Position numbers and translations under genes: made by a program
In this document: positions 29,684-39,422 of the stretch, in pieces
How the letters are laid out: every line of letters starts with the position of its first letter
Numbering within the stretch: position 1 is the first letter of the stretch
From: Bdellovibrionales bacterium
GTDB taxonomy: Bacteria > Bdellovibrionota > Bdellovibrionia > Bdellovibrionales > CAYMLA01
Assembly (NCBI GenBank): GCA_965217115.1
Contig: OZ244239.1
Coordinates: 1,984,001-2,048,000, forward strand
DNA length: 64,000 nucleotides
Direction of reading: 5' to 3'
Notes under the pieces: model-generated
The model's input: the letters and a program-made list of their open reading frames with translations, nothing else
What the model was told of the DNA's origin: nothing
Databases searched by the model: none

Positions 29684-32056
29684 TTGTGTATATATAGACG
29701 GCGGAAATCTTTTTTGAGAGTGCTCCTATTTTTCTTCTTAGTAAGTTTATGGGCGGGGTTTTCCTACGCTCGAAGCCAGCCGTTGATTCACAGTGTAGTT
29801 ATTAAAGGAAATGAGAAAGTTGAGCGAGATGCTATTTTTGCACGAATTCAACTGCGCAAAGGGACTCGTTTTAATCGACGTAAGGTTCGAGAGGACATTC
29901 AATCTCTGTTCGAGACAGGTTATTTTTATGATGTGAAGGTCTTGAGGGAGAGACGCGGAAAGCGCGTGCGTTTGATATACAAAGTTTTAGAGAAACCTTC
30001 TGTGGCAGAAATTGTTTTTAAAGGACATTCAGAAATAGATCGTGAAGAGCTTCTTGAAATTACTGGGCTCAAGGTCTATGACATTTTAAATATGACTCAA
30101 CTACAGGAAGCGGCAGAAAAAATAGAGAAAGAGTATGAGGACAAGGGCTATTTCTTAGCGAGCGTTAAGTTGAGAGTGGAGGCAATGAGCAAAGAGAAAA
30201 CAGTTCGTGCTGTTTATGATATTGTTGAAAACTCCAAGATAGAAGTGAAGAAGATTACTATTTTAGGGAATCGTCATATTTCTGATTCTAAAATTAAAGA
30301 AGTTATGGAAACCCAGGAGGGAACTTATTTTGGGTTTCTCTCAGGGGCCGGAGCATATAAGAAAGAAGCTTTTGAGAGGGACACTCAACGTTTGCGTTAC
30401 TTGTATCTTTTGGACGGTTACGTTCAAGTAAAATTTGATCGCCCAGAGGTTTATGTAACTCCCAATAAAAAAGATATATATATTACGATTCGCATAGAGG
30501 AAGGCGAGCAGTTTTTTCCTGGTGAGGTAGAATTTTCTGGTGATCTTCTCTTTGATAGTGAGGAATTGTCTGAACTGATCAAGATTAATAAATCTAAGGT
30601 TTTCTCCTATCAAATTTTGCAGGAAGATATTGCTCGTCTTACGGCTAAGTATGGGGATTTGGGCTATGCCTTTACCAACGTGATACCTAAGACTTCTTTG
30701 AGTCAAGAGGCTCACAAGGTGGATGTTACTTTTGAGATTGATAAGGGAAGTAAGGTTTATTTTGGACGTATTGATGTAATTGGTAATACGAAGACCAGAG
30801 ATAAAGTGATTCGTCGGGAGTTGAAAATTGCTGAAGGCGAGCTTTATAATGAGACGTTCAAGAGGGTGTCTTTGGCGAATATAAAACGCCTTGGCTTTTT
30901 TGAAGAGGTCCATTTAAAAACCACCACTCCTGCTGGACAGCCTGAGATACTCAATATTGAGGTTGAGGTTAAAGAGCGTAATACCGGAACTATAAATGTT
31001 GGAGCAGGTTATGGCTCGACCAGTGGGCTTAAATTTCAAGCACAAGTTAATCAAATTAATTTTTTGGGACGGGGTCAAAACCTGGGAGTTACGGTTAATT
31101 CCAATGTGGAAAGTTCGACTTATAATTTGAATTTTACCGAGCCTTATTTTTTGGATACAAAGTGGTCTTTAGGGACAGACATCTATAAAACGGAGACCCG
31201 CAGGCAGAGTTTGGATTACCAGAAGAAAACACTTGGTGGAGCTTTGCGTTTTGGTCACCCCCTGAGTGGAAATTTGTTTAGCGAAGTGCGTTTGAAAGTT
31301 GACGAAACTGAGTTGATCTCTAACGATGATTTGGATGAAGACCTTTATCCGATTAATGATCCTGGCCAGCAGGGGCAAACAAACTCGGTTACTTTGACTT
31401 TGGTTTATGATAAACGCAATGATCGTTTTACTCCTTCCCATGGGTATTATGCGAGGTCTTCTTTAGAGTATGCTGGATTAGGAGGGGACTTAACTTATAC
31501 TTTGGGGCGGGGAACCTTTCGTTATTATAAAAAGTTGTTTTGGAAAGTAATTTGGAGAAACAATCTCTCCTATTCGTTTATCAACTCTTCCCGTAGCGAA
31601 GTTCCCTTTAGTAGGCGTTTTCTTTTAGGTGGCCCGTTTAATTTAAAGGGTTATGATTATGCTCAGGTGGGGCAGCGTAGGTTTTCTAATAAGTTTTTTA
31701 ACGCGCGGTTGGAGGCGATTCGTCAGGCTGAGGAACGTGAGCCGACGGCTGAGGAAATAGAGAAAGTGCGCATAGCTTCTTTTCGTCCTTTTGGCGGAGA
31801 ACAGGAGTTGTACTACAACATGGAATTTGAGTGGCCCCTGATTGAGGAAGCCAGGATCAAGGGGATTTTATTTTACGATATTGGTGCAGCTGAGGATTCA
31901 ATTAGAGCGTCAGATTTTTTGAGTGATTGGGGTGTGGGAGTGAGATGGTTTTCTCCCATTGGTCCGTTGCGGTTTGAATTAGGTTTTCCCCTTAATCGGG
32001 ATCCAAATTATCATAGAGAAAAGGTGTTCAATTTTACAATTGGGACACCATTTTAA
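29684..32056 (+). CDS. bamA: Outer-membrane assembly factor BamA
   Basis: POTRA repeats (GNEKVE, GNTKTRDKVIRREL), VKERNTG, NFLGRGQ, LKGY loop, WFSPIGPLRFE, C-terminal F. Confidence 0.96.
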   Translation: MCIYRRRKSFLRVLLFFFLVSLWAGFSYARSQPLIHSVVIKGNEKVERDAIFARIQLRKGTRFNRRKVREDIQSLFETGYFYDVKVLRERRGKRVRLIYKVLEKPSVAEIVFKGHSEIDREELLEITGLKVYDILNMTQLQEAAEKIEKEYEDKGYFLASVKLRVEAMSKEKTVRAVYDIVENSKIEVKKITILGNRHISDSKIKEVMETQEGTYFGFLSGAGAYKKEAFERDTQRLRYLYLLDGYVQVKFDRPEVYVTPNKKDIYITIRIEEGEQFFPGEVEFSGDLLFDSEELSELIKINKSKVFSYQILQEDIARLTAKYGDLGYAFTNVIPKTSLSQEAHKVDVTFEIDKGSKVYFGRIDVIGNTKTRDKVIRRELKIAEGELYNETFKRVSLANIKRLGFFEEVHLKTTTPAGQPEILNIEVEVKERNTGTINVGAGYGSTSGLKFQAQVNQINFLGRGQNLGVTVNSNVESSTYNLNFTEPYFLDTKWSLGTDIYKTETRRQSLDYQKKTLGGALRFGHPLSGNLFSEVRLKVDETELISNDDLDEDLYPINDPGQQGQTNSVTLTLVYDKRNDRFTPSHGYYARSSLEYAGLGGDLTYTLGRGTFRYYKKLFWKVIWRNNLSYSFINSSRSEVPFSRRFLLGGPFNLKGYDYAQVGQRRFSNKFFNARLEAIRQAEEREPTAEEIEKVRIASFRPFGGEQELYYNMEFEWPLIEEARIKGILFYDIGAAEDSIRASDFLSDWGVGVRWFSPIGPLRFELGFPLNRDPNYHREKVFNFTIGTPF

Positions 32057-32074
32057 CAAGAGGAGATACTGGGT

Positions 32075-32608
32075 ATGGGCAAAATAGTTTTAGTGATGTT
32101 TATGGGAGGACTTTTATTCTCTAGTGCGGGGTTTACGAAAGTTAAATTAGGTTGGGTGGATGTCCAAAAAGCCATTGAATCAACAACATCAGGTAAGAAG
32201 CTAAAGAGAACATTAGATGCTGAAGCAGAAAAAATGAAGAGATCTTTACGCAAGAAAGAAAAAGATTTGAAAAAAATGAGTGAAGACCTGAAGAAAAAAA
32301 GATCTCTGTTATCGGCTGAAATTCTTAGGCAGAAACAAGCTTCTTTTCAAGAAGAGATGTTAAAGTACCGTGATTTGGCACAGAAGAGCAGTTTGTCCTT
32401 GCAAAAAAAACAACAGGAGTTGCTGGTCCCTGTGGAAAAGGTGATGAAAAAGGCCATCCAAAGAGTGGCTGAAAAGGGTAAATTTGACATGATCTTTCAA
32501 AAAGGAACACCTAGCTTTCTTTTGTGGGCGCATGATAAGCATAACCTAACATCTAAGGTAATAAAAACCTATGAAGCCATTTTAAAGAAATCTAAAAAGA
32601 AAAAATAA
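32075..32608 (+). CDS. skp: Skp/OmpH periplasmic chaperone
   Basis: KLGWVDVQKAI, long coiled coil, position after bamA. Confidence 0.88.
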   Translation: MGKIVLVMFMGGLLFSSAGFTKVKLGWVDVQKAIESTTSGKKLKRTLDAEAEKMKRSLRKKEKDLKKMSEDLKKKRSLLSAEILRQKQASFQEEMLKYRDLAQKSSLSLQKKQQELLVPVEKVMKKAIQRVAEKGKFDMIFQKGTPSFLLWAHDKHNLTSKVIKTYEAILKKSKKKK

Positions 32609-32620
32609 GAGAAAAAATTT

Positions 32621-33076
32621 ATGGACATTCAGGATATAAAGAAAATTCTCCCCCATCGTTATCCGTTTTTATTGGTTGATAGGGTTCTTAAAGTTGAAAA
32701 AGGCCCCAAGCATCCAGATGTTGAGGGTTTAAAGGTGGAGGCGATAAAATGCGTGACTGTGAACGAGCCATTTTTTCAGGGTCACTTCCCCCACCGTCCA
32801 GTGATGCCAGGTGTTTTAGTTGTAGAGGCAATGGCTCAAGTGGGTGCTCTGGCTATAAATACCATTTCAAAGGGGAGTCAGGATTTTTCTTTGGTGGGAA
32901 TTAATAAATGTAAATTCCGTGCTCCCGTGATTCCTGGGGATCGTCTGTTAATAAAGGTAGCTGCATATAAACAACGCCAGGGAATTATTTGGTTTAAAGG
33001 TGAAGTCCTTGTAGATGATGAAGTGGTGGCAGAGGCTGATTTAATGGCTAAGGCTTTCCCTAGAAAGGATCACTAA
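32621..33076 (+). CDS. fabZ: 3-hydroxyacyl-ACP dehydratase
   Basis: LPHRYPFLLVDRV, EPFFQGHFP, MPGVLVVEAMAQ. Confidence 0.97.
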   Translation: MDIQDIKKILPHRYPFLLVDRVLKVEKGPKHPDVEGLKVEAIKCVTVNEPFFQGHFPHRPVMPGVLVVEAMAQVGALAINTISKGSQDFSLVGINKCKFRAPVIPGDRLLIKVAAYKQRQGIIWFKGEVLVDDEVVAEADLMAKAFPRKDH

Positions 33077-33883
33077 ATGGAGCAGGTTGCAGGAGAGACG
33101 GTAATCCATCCCACGAGTATCATTAGCTCGGAGGTCAAATTGGGGCAGGGTGTTTTTGTTGGTCCTAATTGCCATATCATGGGTAAGGTTCAGATAGGAG
33201 ATCGTTGTGTATTACAAGCCAACGTTCACATAGGTTCTGAATTTGGCGTGGTCGAGATAGGTCGTGGGAACCGGTTCTATCCGTCATCTTTTATTGGAGG
33301 GCCACCTCAGGATATTACCTATGCTGATCAAGCAACGGAGCTTATTATTGGTGATGGCAATACCTTTCGTGAGTTTGGTTCTGTGAATATTGCGACCTCT
33401 AAAGAAGAGGGCAAAACAATCGTTGGTAATGATAACTATTTTATGGCCTACACTCACATTGGTCATGATTGTCGTATTGGTAGCCATATTGTGATTGCCA
33501 ATAGTTCTAATTTAGGCGGACACGTCTGTATAGAAGATCATGTTAAGGTTGGAGGAGTTTGCAACTTTAACCAATTTGTTAGAGTGGGTAAGTACGCATT
33601 TATTTCTGGTGGCTCGGTGATTATAAAGGATATTTTGCCTTTCTCGTCGGCAGGTGGCCACCCTTGTCTAGCCAAAGCGACGAATAAGGTTGGTTTAGAG
33701 AGGGCTGAATTTACTAAAGATAAAATTGATAGGATTCATCGTAGCCTTCGCTCTTTGTTGAAGGGAGATCTAACTCAGGCAGAGGTTTTAGATAATTGTG
33801 AGCGAGATTATCATAGCTGTGACCAGGTCATGTACCTTGTGAATTTCATAAAAAGTTCTAAAAGAGGAATTGCAAAGCAATAG
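33077..33883 (+). CDS. lpxA: Acyl-ACP:UDP-GlcNAc(3N) acyltransferase
   Basis: Hexapeptide repeats, GGPPQD, NTFREF, HIGHDC, LGGHV, NKVGLER. Confidence 0.93.
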   Translation: MEQVAGETVIHPTSIISSEVKLGQGVFVGPNCHIMGKVQIGDRCVLQANVHIGSEFGVVEIGRGNRFYPSSFIGGPPQDITYADQATELIIGDGNTFREFGSVNIATSKEEGKTIVGNDNYFMAYTHIGHDCRIGSHIVIANSSNLGGHVCIEDHVKVGGVCNFNQFVRVGKYAFISGGSVIIKDILPFSSAGGHPCLAKATNKVGLERAEFTKDKIDRIHRSLRSLLKGDLTQAEVLDNCERDYHSCDQVMYLVNFIKSSKRGIAKQ

Positions 33884-34892
33884 AGATGAAGGGAACTATT
33901 TGTGTGTGTATCTTTTCCTTCCATCGCTCTATCCGAATAGGATGATGAAACAAAGGATTGTGGGAATGATAAAAGGCGCCGTTATTGGAGTGGGTTACTT
34001 AGGAAAATTTCACGCTCAAAAGTATTCATCTCTGGAAATGGTGGAGTTAGTAGGTGTCTGTGACCCCAGCAGAGAGCAATGTGATCGTGTAGCTGGAGAG
34101 TTGGGTGTGACGGCTTTTTATGATCATCGTGATCTCCTTGATAAAGTGGACGTTGTGACTATTGCGGCATCAACTCGTTTTCATTATGAAATAGCTAAGG
34201 ATTTTTTAAATTATGGTGTCCATGTTTTGGTAGAAAAACCAATCACTTCTACGGTGGCTGAGGCACGAGAGTTGATCGAAATTTCTCAGAAAAAAAATAT
34301 AAAATTGCAGGTAGGACATATTGAGCGTTTTAATCCTGTTTATAAGGCGTTGAAAGATCTGGTTGTAGAACCTCGATTTATTGATGGCAAGAGATTGGCG
34401 ATGTTTAAGCCTCGTGGAGCAGATGTGAGTGTGGCCCATGATGTAATGATTCACGATATTGACCTGGTGTTAGATTTGATGGGCTCTTCGGTGAAAAATG
34501 TTATTTCTAGTGGTGGAAATTTCTTTATGCCAACGACGGATTTTGTGAGTGCGAGTTTAGAGTTTGAAAATGGAGGGTTGGTTCACCTTCAGGCGAGTCG
34601 TATGGAGGCGGATCATTGCAGGAGTATGAGGGTTGTTGATCGTCAGGGTGTCTGGGATGCAGATTTCTCAGGAGAACTAAAGAGGTGTTTGTGCCAAGGA
34701 GTGTTTGAGGGAGGAATGTTAGAGGCGCCTTTAAAGTTTGAGAGTTTACCAGTGAAGAAATATGATGCTATGGAAGAAGAGACACGAGCGTTTTTTCAAT
34801 CTGTTATAAACGATGAAGCTTGCGTGGTTTCAGGAGAAGACGGTCTTGCTTCTTTGGAGTTAGTGGAGAGAGTTATTAGTGGTGTCTTCTAA
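33870..34892 (+). CDS. gnnA: Gfo/Idh/MocA oxidoreductase, GnnA-like UDP-GlcNAc 3-dehydrogenase (probable start 33966)
   Basis: GVGYLGKFHAQKY, VEKPI, QVGHIERFNP, DVMIHDID; located between lpxA and lpxB. Confidence 0.78.
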   Translation: MQSNRDEGNYLCVYLFLPSLYPNRMMKQRIVGMIKGAVIGVGYLGKFHAQKYSSLEMVELVGVCDPSREQCDRVAGELGVTAFYDHRDLLDKVDVVTIAASTRFHYEIAKDFLNYGVHVLVEKPITSTVAEARELIEISQKKNIKLQVGHIERFNPVYKALKDLVVEPRFIDGKRLAMFKPRGADVSVAHDVMIHDIDLVLDLMGSSVKNVISSGGNFFMPTTDFVSASLEFENGGLVHLQASRMEADHCRSMRVVDRQGVWDADFSGELKRCLCQGVFEGGMLEAPLKFESLPVKKYDAMEEETRAFFQSVINDEACVVSGEDGLASLELVERVISGVF

Positions 34893-36060
34893 AAGAATTC
34901 TAATGATATCGGCCGAAGCCAGCAGTGCCTTGTATGGGTTGAGAATTTTGCAGGAATGGCAGAGAGAGGGGAGAGATTATCAGGTTTATGGTATTGGCTC
35001 TCGGGATATGGAGGAGAGTGGTCTTGAGTGTTTAGGTTACGCTGAAGATTTGGCTGTGGTAGGATTTCGTGAAGTTCTGTCTAAGTATAAAGAGATTAAA
35101 AAAGTCTATGGAGAAGTCCTTAGAAAAGTGAACAGTCATCCACCAGATGTGGCTGTTTTATTGGACTATCCCGGATTTAATTTAAGATTAGCAAAGGAAT
35201 TGAAAAAAAAAAGAATTAAAGTTCTTTACTATATTGCACCCCAGGTGTGGGCTTGGCGGAAAGGTCGGGTTAAGACGATACGTCGTTATGTAGATGAAGT
35301 TCTCTGTATTTTACCTTTTGAGGAAAACTTTTATAAAGAGCATGGAGTGAATGCGAGATTTGTTGGTCACCCTTTATTAGATGAATTCGATACTGCGCTT
35401 TACAGTGAAGATGTGCGCTCTGTACACAGAGGGCGATTTTTTTTTACTGAGGAGGATCAGGTCTTGGGTTTAATGCCAGGGAGTCGACACGGAGAATTGA
35501 AATATAATTTCCCGGTACAGTTGTCAGTGGCTAAGAAGTTGCACCTTAAATATCCTAAATTAAAAATCGCTATTTTGGTGGCACCGACTCTGAAAAGGGA
35601 AGAGCTGATGGAGTATTTGCAGGAGTTTAAATGTCCCTATGTTGTGATTCAGGATGAGCCCCTTAAAATGATTCAGATGGTAGATGTGATGTTGTGTAAA
35701 TCGGGAACCTCTACGTTGATGGTGGGTTTGATGGGTGTGCCAATGGTCATTATGTATAAAGTAAGTTTTTTAACAGGAATTGTAGGTAAAATTCTTGTTT
35801 CAGGCTTTATTGGTTTAGTGAACATTATTATGAATAAGGAAATCGTGCCAGAGAGGATTCAGGGTGAGGCGACAGAGAGAGAATTAGAAGCTCTCTTGGA
35901 GAGGATTATGAAAGATGACACCTATTCTTGTGAGATGAAGGATAATTTAAAAAAATTAAAAGAAAAATTAGAGAACGGTAAAGAGGCAGTGACACAGGGA
36001 GTAAGGCCCAAGATGACAGTCGGGCAGAATGTGGCATCAATTATTGAAGGCTATCTGTGA
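34879..36060 (+). CDS. lpxB: Lipid-A-disaccharide synthase
   Basis: AEASS, DYPGFN, YYIAPQVWAWR, ILPFE, FVGHPL, LMPGSR, KSGTSTL. Confidence 0.95.
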   Translation: MVSSKRILMISAEASSALYGLRILQEWQREGRDYQVYGIGSRDMEESGLECLGYAEDLAVVGFREVLSKYKEIKKVYGEVLRKVNSHPPDVAVLLDYPGFNLRLAKELKKKRIKVLYYIAPQVWAWRKGRVKTIRRYVDEVLCILPFEENFYKEHGVNARFVGHPLLDEFDTALYSEDVRSVHRGRFFFTEEDQVLGLMPGSRHGELKYNFPVQLSVAKKLHLKYPKLKIAILVAPTLKREELMEYLQEFKCPYVVIQDEPLKMIQMVDVMLCKSGTSTLMVGLMGVPMVIMYKVSFLTGIVGKILVSGFIGLVNIIMNKEIVPERIQGEATERELEALLERIMKDDTYSCEMKDNLKKLKEKLENGKEAVTQGVRPKMTVGQNVASIIEGYL

Positions 36061-37142
36061 AGATAATATTATTCCCTCTTTTAATCTTACTGAGCGTTCT
36101 TTATGGGGTCGCTGTTTTCTTTAAGAGAACTTTTTATTTAAAAGATATTTTATTGAGACGAGAAGTTTCTGTGCCTGTTGTGAGTGTGGGGAATTTGACT
36201 GTGGGTGGCACGGGTAAAACTCCTGTGGTGAGTTATCTTATACGTTTTTTTAGTGATCAAGGCTTAAAGGTTGGAGTGGTGAGCCGTGGGTATAAGGGGG
36301 ACTTTAAGGGGATTCAAAGAGTGGATTTGAAAAAAGAGGGGAACTTTGGTGATGAGCCGATGATGCTTGCTGCTCGTTTTCCTCAAGTGCCTATTTATGT
36401 TGGTAGAGATAAGTCGCAAGCGTGTCAGATGTTGCTTGAGAAAGAATCAGCCAATGGTTCGGTAGATATGATTATTGTGGATGATGGTTTTCAGCATTGG
36501 CGACTTAAACGAGATAGGGACATCGTTTTGCTTGATAGCACAAAATCTTGTGAGATTTTTTTTGGAGAGTACGCCCTGCTGCCCTTGGGAAAAGGGCGAG
36601 AGGGTTTCAGTCAGTTGAGGCGTTCTGACGTTGTGTTCTTAACTAAAGTGGGTTGGGGAGAAGAGAAGAGTCTGCAAAATATACGCGAGAGACTATCTTG
36701 TTATCCTGTGCCTGTTGTGGAGTGGAAGTTTGCATTGAGTGGGCTGAGAGACATAATGACTGGAGAGATGGTCTCGGAGCGGGATTTACAAAGAATGAAA
36801 GATGATAAATGGGGATTGGCTTCAGGTATTGGCAGTCCAAAGAGTTTTGAAGAAGCTGTAAAGAAGGATCTTAATTTTAAAGTGGCTTGGCATAAGGTGT
36901 ATGCAGATCATTATAATTTTAAACTTGAAGATTTAAATAAATTACTAGAGAGAGCTGATTCAACGGGAGTAAAAGGAATTCTTATCAGTGAGAAAGACAG
37001 CATTAAGTGGAGAAGGCACACAGAGATGTTGAAGAGTCAGGTAAAAGGGCAAATGGGAAATATTTTGGTGGCAGAGCTTGAAATTTCCCCTTGTTCCTCT
37101 GTAGACTGGAAGAATGTCCTCGCTCATAATTTATCTCTTTAG
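36057..37142 (+). CDS. lpxK: Tetraacyldisaccharide 4'-kinase
   Basis: SVGNLTVGGTGKTP, SRGY, GDEP, DDGFQH, GIG, DHY, SEKD. Confidence 0.95.
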   Translation: MKIILFPLLILLSVLYGVAVFFKRTFYLKDILLRREVSVPVVSVGNLTVGGTGKTPVVSYLIRFFSDQGLKVGVVSRGYKGDFKGIQRVDLKKEGNFGDEPMMLAARFPQVPIYVGRDKSQACQMLLEKESANGSVDMIIVDDGFQHWRLKRDRDIVLLDSTKSCEIFFGEYALLPLGKGREGFSQLRRSDVVFLTKVGWGEEKSLQNIRERLSCYPVPVVEWKFALSGLRDIMTGEMVSERDLQRMKDDKWGLASGIGSPKSFEEAVKKDLNFKVAWHKVYADHYNFKLEDLNKLLERADSTGVKGILISEKDSIKWRRHTEMLKSQVKGQMGNILVAELEISPCSSVDWKNVLAHNLSL

Positions 37143-37989
37143 GTTTCTTAGCTTTTCCGTTCTTATTTCTCCCAGATGGTTGCGTAATCTGTGTGGTGAT
37201 GCCATTGGAATCCTATGGTTTGATGTCCTACGTTTACGTCGTCAGACGGTGTTGAGTAACCTGACCATTGCCTTTCCAGATTGGGACTTAAAGAAGCGCA
37301 CAAAGATGGGTCGTCGCTCTCTGTGTAATATGGGGCGAGGTTTTATGGATTTTTTACTCCTCCCCTATGCTGATAAGAAATGGATGGATGAAAATTTCGT
37401 TTTTGAAGGTCTTGAGAATTGGGAAAAGGCTCACGCTAAAGGCAGGGGAGTTCTGCTCTTAGGACTGCACTTGGGAATGGGAGACTTGGCCCTTGCCGGG
37501 ATAGGGCTCAAAGGAATCCCAATAAGTGTCATCACAAAAGCATTTAAAGCAAACTGGGCGGAAAACTTTTGGAATGAGTATCGTGGTAGATTTGGTGTTG
37601 AGTTTATTAAAGATCGCAGGAGTTCTTTTGATATTTTGAAGGGGTTGAAAAACAATCGTGGGGTTGTTTTTGTTTTGGATCAATTTCATGGCCCTCCCAT
37701 AGGAATTCGTAGTTATTTCTTCGGTAAGGAGACAGGAACGGCTTATGGGTTAGCTGTTTTTGCATTAAAAACCCAGGCACCAGTGATCCCTCTGTATGTA
37801 TATAAAGGGGAAGATCATAAATTTCATTTGGTTTTTGGAGATGAGGTGCTTTTGGAAAATCAGAATGATCGTGATAAAACGGTGAGCTACATGACGCAGA
37901 AGTATGATTTAGTAGTGGAAGATATCGTGAGGCGTTTTCCTCAGCACTGGCTTTGGGTTCATCGCCGTTGGAAGGAGTATAGAGATTAG
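37114..37989 (+). CDS. Lipid A late acyltransferase (LpxL/HtrB family)
   Basis: NLTIAFP, HLGMGD (Hx4D/E), LDQ, FFG, PQHWLWVHRRWK. Confidence 0.9.
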   Translation: MSSLIIYLFRFLSFSVLISPRWLRNLCGDAIGILWFDVLRLRRQTVLSNLTIAFPDWDLKKRTKMGRRSLCNMGRGFMDFLLLPYADKKWMDENFVFEGLENWEKAHAKGRGVLLLGLHLGMGDLALAGIGLKGIPISVITKAFKANWAENFWNEYRGRFGVEFIKDRRSSFDILKGLKNNRGVVFVLDQFHGPPIGIRSYFFGKETGTAYGLAVFALKTQAPVIPLYVYKGEDHKFHLVFGDEVLLENQNDRDKTVSYMTQKYDLVVEDIVRRFPQHWLWVHRRWKEYRD

Positions 37990-37993
37990 GATC

Positions 37994-38950
37994 ATGAAAG
38001 AGGGAGCCCTTTTATTTTTTTGTTCTATCTTGACCTCTTGCCAGACGGCGGTTTTAGACTCGAATTATATGAAAGACACCTCTAACTCAGAAGAGTATGG
38101 ACAGTTAATAAGTGTAAAACCAATGTCTAAGGCGATCGTGAAGGATAAGCCCCCTAAAAGAAAAGAAAAACCCGTCGCTAGAAAGAAGGAAAAATCAGAG
38201 CATTTGCCTAAACTTGAGGACAGTGAGGGTTTTTTAAAGAGAAGACCTTTAAAAGATCCATTTCGTGTGGGTGAGCGCGTGCGTTTACGTCTGACTTACT
38301 TTGGGGTTCCGGCGGGGTTTTTGAGTTTAGAGGTGAGGCCCTTTGTTAAAGTCAATGGGCGCAAGTCCTATGAGTTCGTGACGAGAGTTAAATCCAATGG
38401 GGTGTTTTCGTTATTTTATTCTGTGGATGACGTCGTGAAGACCCATGTGGATTATGAAACTCTCCTTCCCTATAACTTCTCTCTTGATGTGAAAGAGAGC
38501 AAGCAGCTGGTGAAGGCCCAAGCCTACTATAATAGTAAAACAAATAGAGCGACTTATTGGGAAAAGAAAATAACAGAGGATAAAGGGATACAGGAGATGC
38601 GTAAAGATTGGAGTGCAGCTCCTTATAGCCAAAATGTTTTTAGTGCTGCGTTTTACATGAGGACTTTTACCTATAGAACAGGTAAAAAATTGACTTTTCG
38701 CGTGGCAGACAAGGGAGAGAATATTGTTTTTACAGGTCATGTTTTGCGCCGAGAGAGAATAAAGACCAAAGTGGGCGAGTTGGACACGATTGTGGTGCAG
38801 CCTCGTATTGGTATAAAGGGTGCTTTTAAGTCTATGGGTGAGATTCTCTTTTGGTTGACTGATGATGATAGGAAGCTTCTTGTTAAATTAAAGTCAAAGA
38901 TTCAGATTGGTAGCATCGTAGGATATTTGGATGAACTAAAATCTCAATAG
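37994..38950 (+). CDS. DUF3108-domain lipoprotein
   Basis: Lipobox LTS|C; PFRVGE, YFGVPAG, FWLTDDDRK...IGS. Confidence 0.8.
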   Translation: MKEGALLFFCSILTSCQTAVLDSNYMKDTSNSEEYGQLISVKPMSKAIVKDKPPKRKEKPVARKKEKSEHLPKLEDSEGFLKRRPLKDPFRVGERVRLRLTYFGVPAGFLSLEVRPFVKVNGRKSYEFVTRVKSNGVFSLFYSVDDVVKTHVDYETLLPYNFSLDVKESKQLVKAQAYYNSKTNRATYWEKKITEDKGIQEMRKDWSAAPYSQNVFSAAFYMRTFTYRTGKKLTFRVADKGENIVFTGHVLRRERIKTKVGELDTIVVQPRIGIKGAFKSMGEILFWLTDDDRKLLVKLKSKIQIGSIVGYLDELKSQ

Positions 38951-39422
38951 GTGAGAAGGTGTCTAAAACCACACAAAAACAAGGGAGTTCACCCTGCCAT
39001 TGAGGGGGGAGATAACGCGCTACACCTTAAATTAATGGGGCTCCATTGTTTTTTTTTACCGGGGAGCTAGGGCGATAAATACAGTTCTCTGCCTGGAAAA
39101 ACTCTCCAGAAATCATGTCTTTTTCTATCTTGATCTCCTTTCCAGGAGTGCTTTTTATGGTTTTTGAACGGGGTTGTACTATGGAGCGAGAGGTTCTTTT
39201 TAGGGGATCATTTTAAGTGAGTCCCCCTATTATTTAGGTGGCGGCGAGCATCATAGCTGGCCTAAGGTATAGAAAAAGGGTTGCCAGTCATATATTTTAT
39301 CTGAAACCATATATATCAGGTAGGAAATTTTAAAAATAGAACATCGGTCGAGCAGTCTCTGAAATAGGTTAGGGCAGTTTGGCCAAAGACTTTAACAACA
39401 TTGCCGTTCTTTGGAGGACTAA

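Noticed and set aside
30341..31441. Antisense ORFs within bamA (and similar shadow ORFs throughout the track)
   Set aside because: Fully overlap well-supported genes on the opposite strand or in other frames, with no recognisable motifs
38951..39422. ncRNA or riboswitch in the 470-bp region upstream of the major OMP
   Set aside because: No recognisable family motif or strong extended structure by eye; most likely promoter plus long 5' UTR
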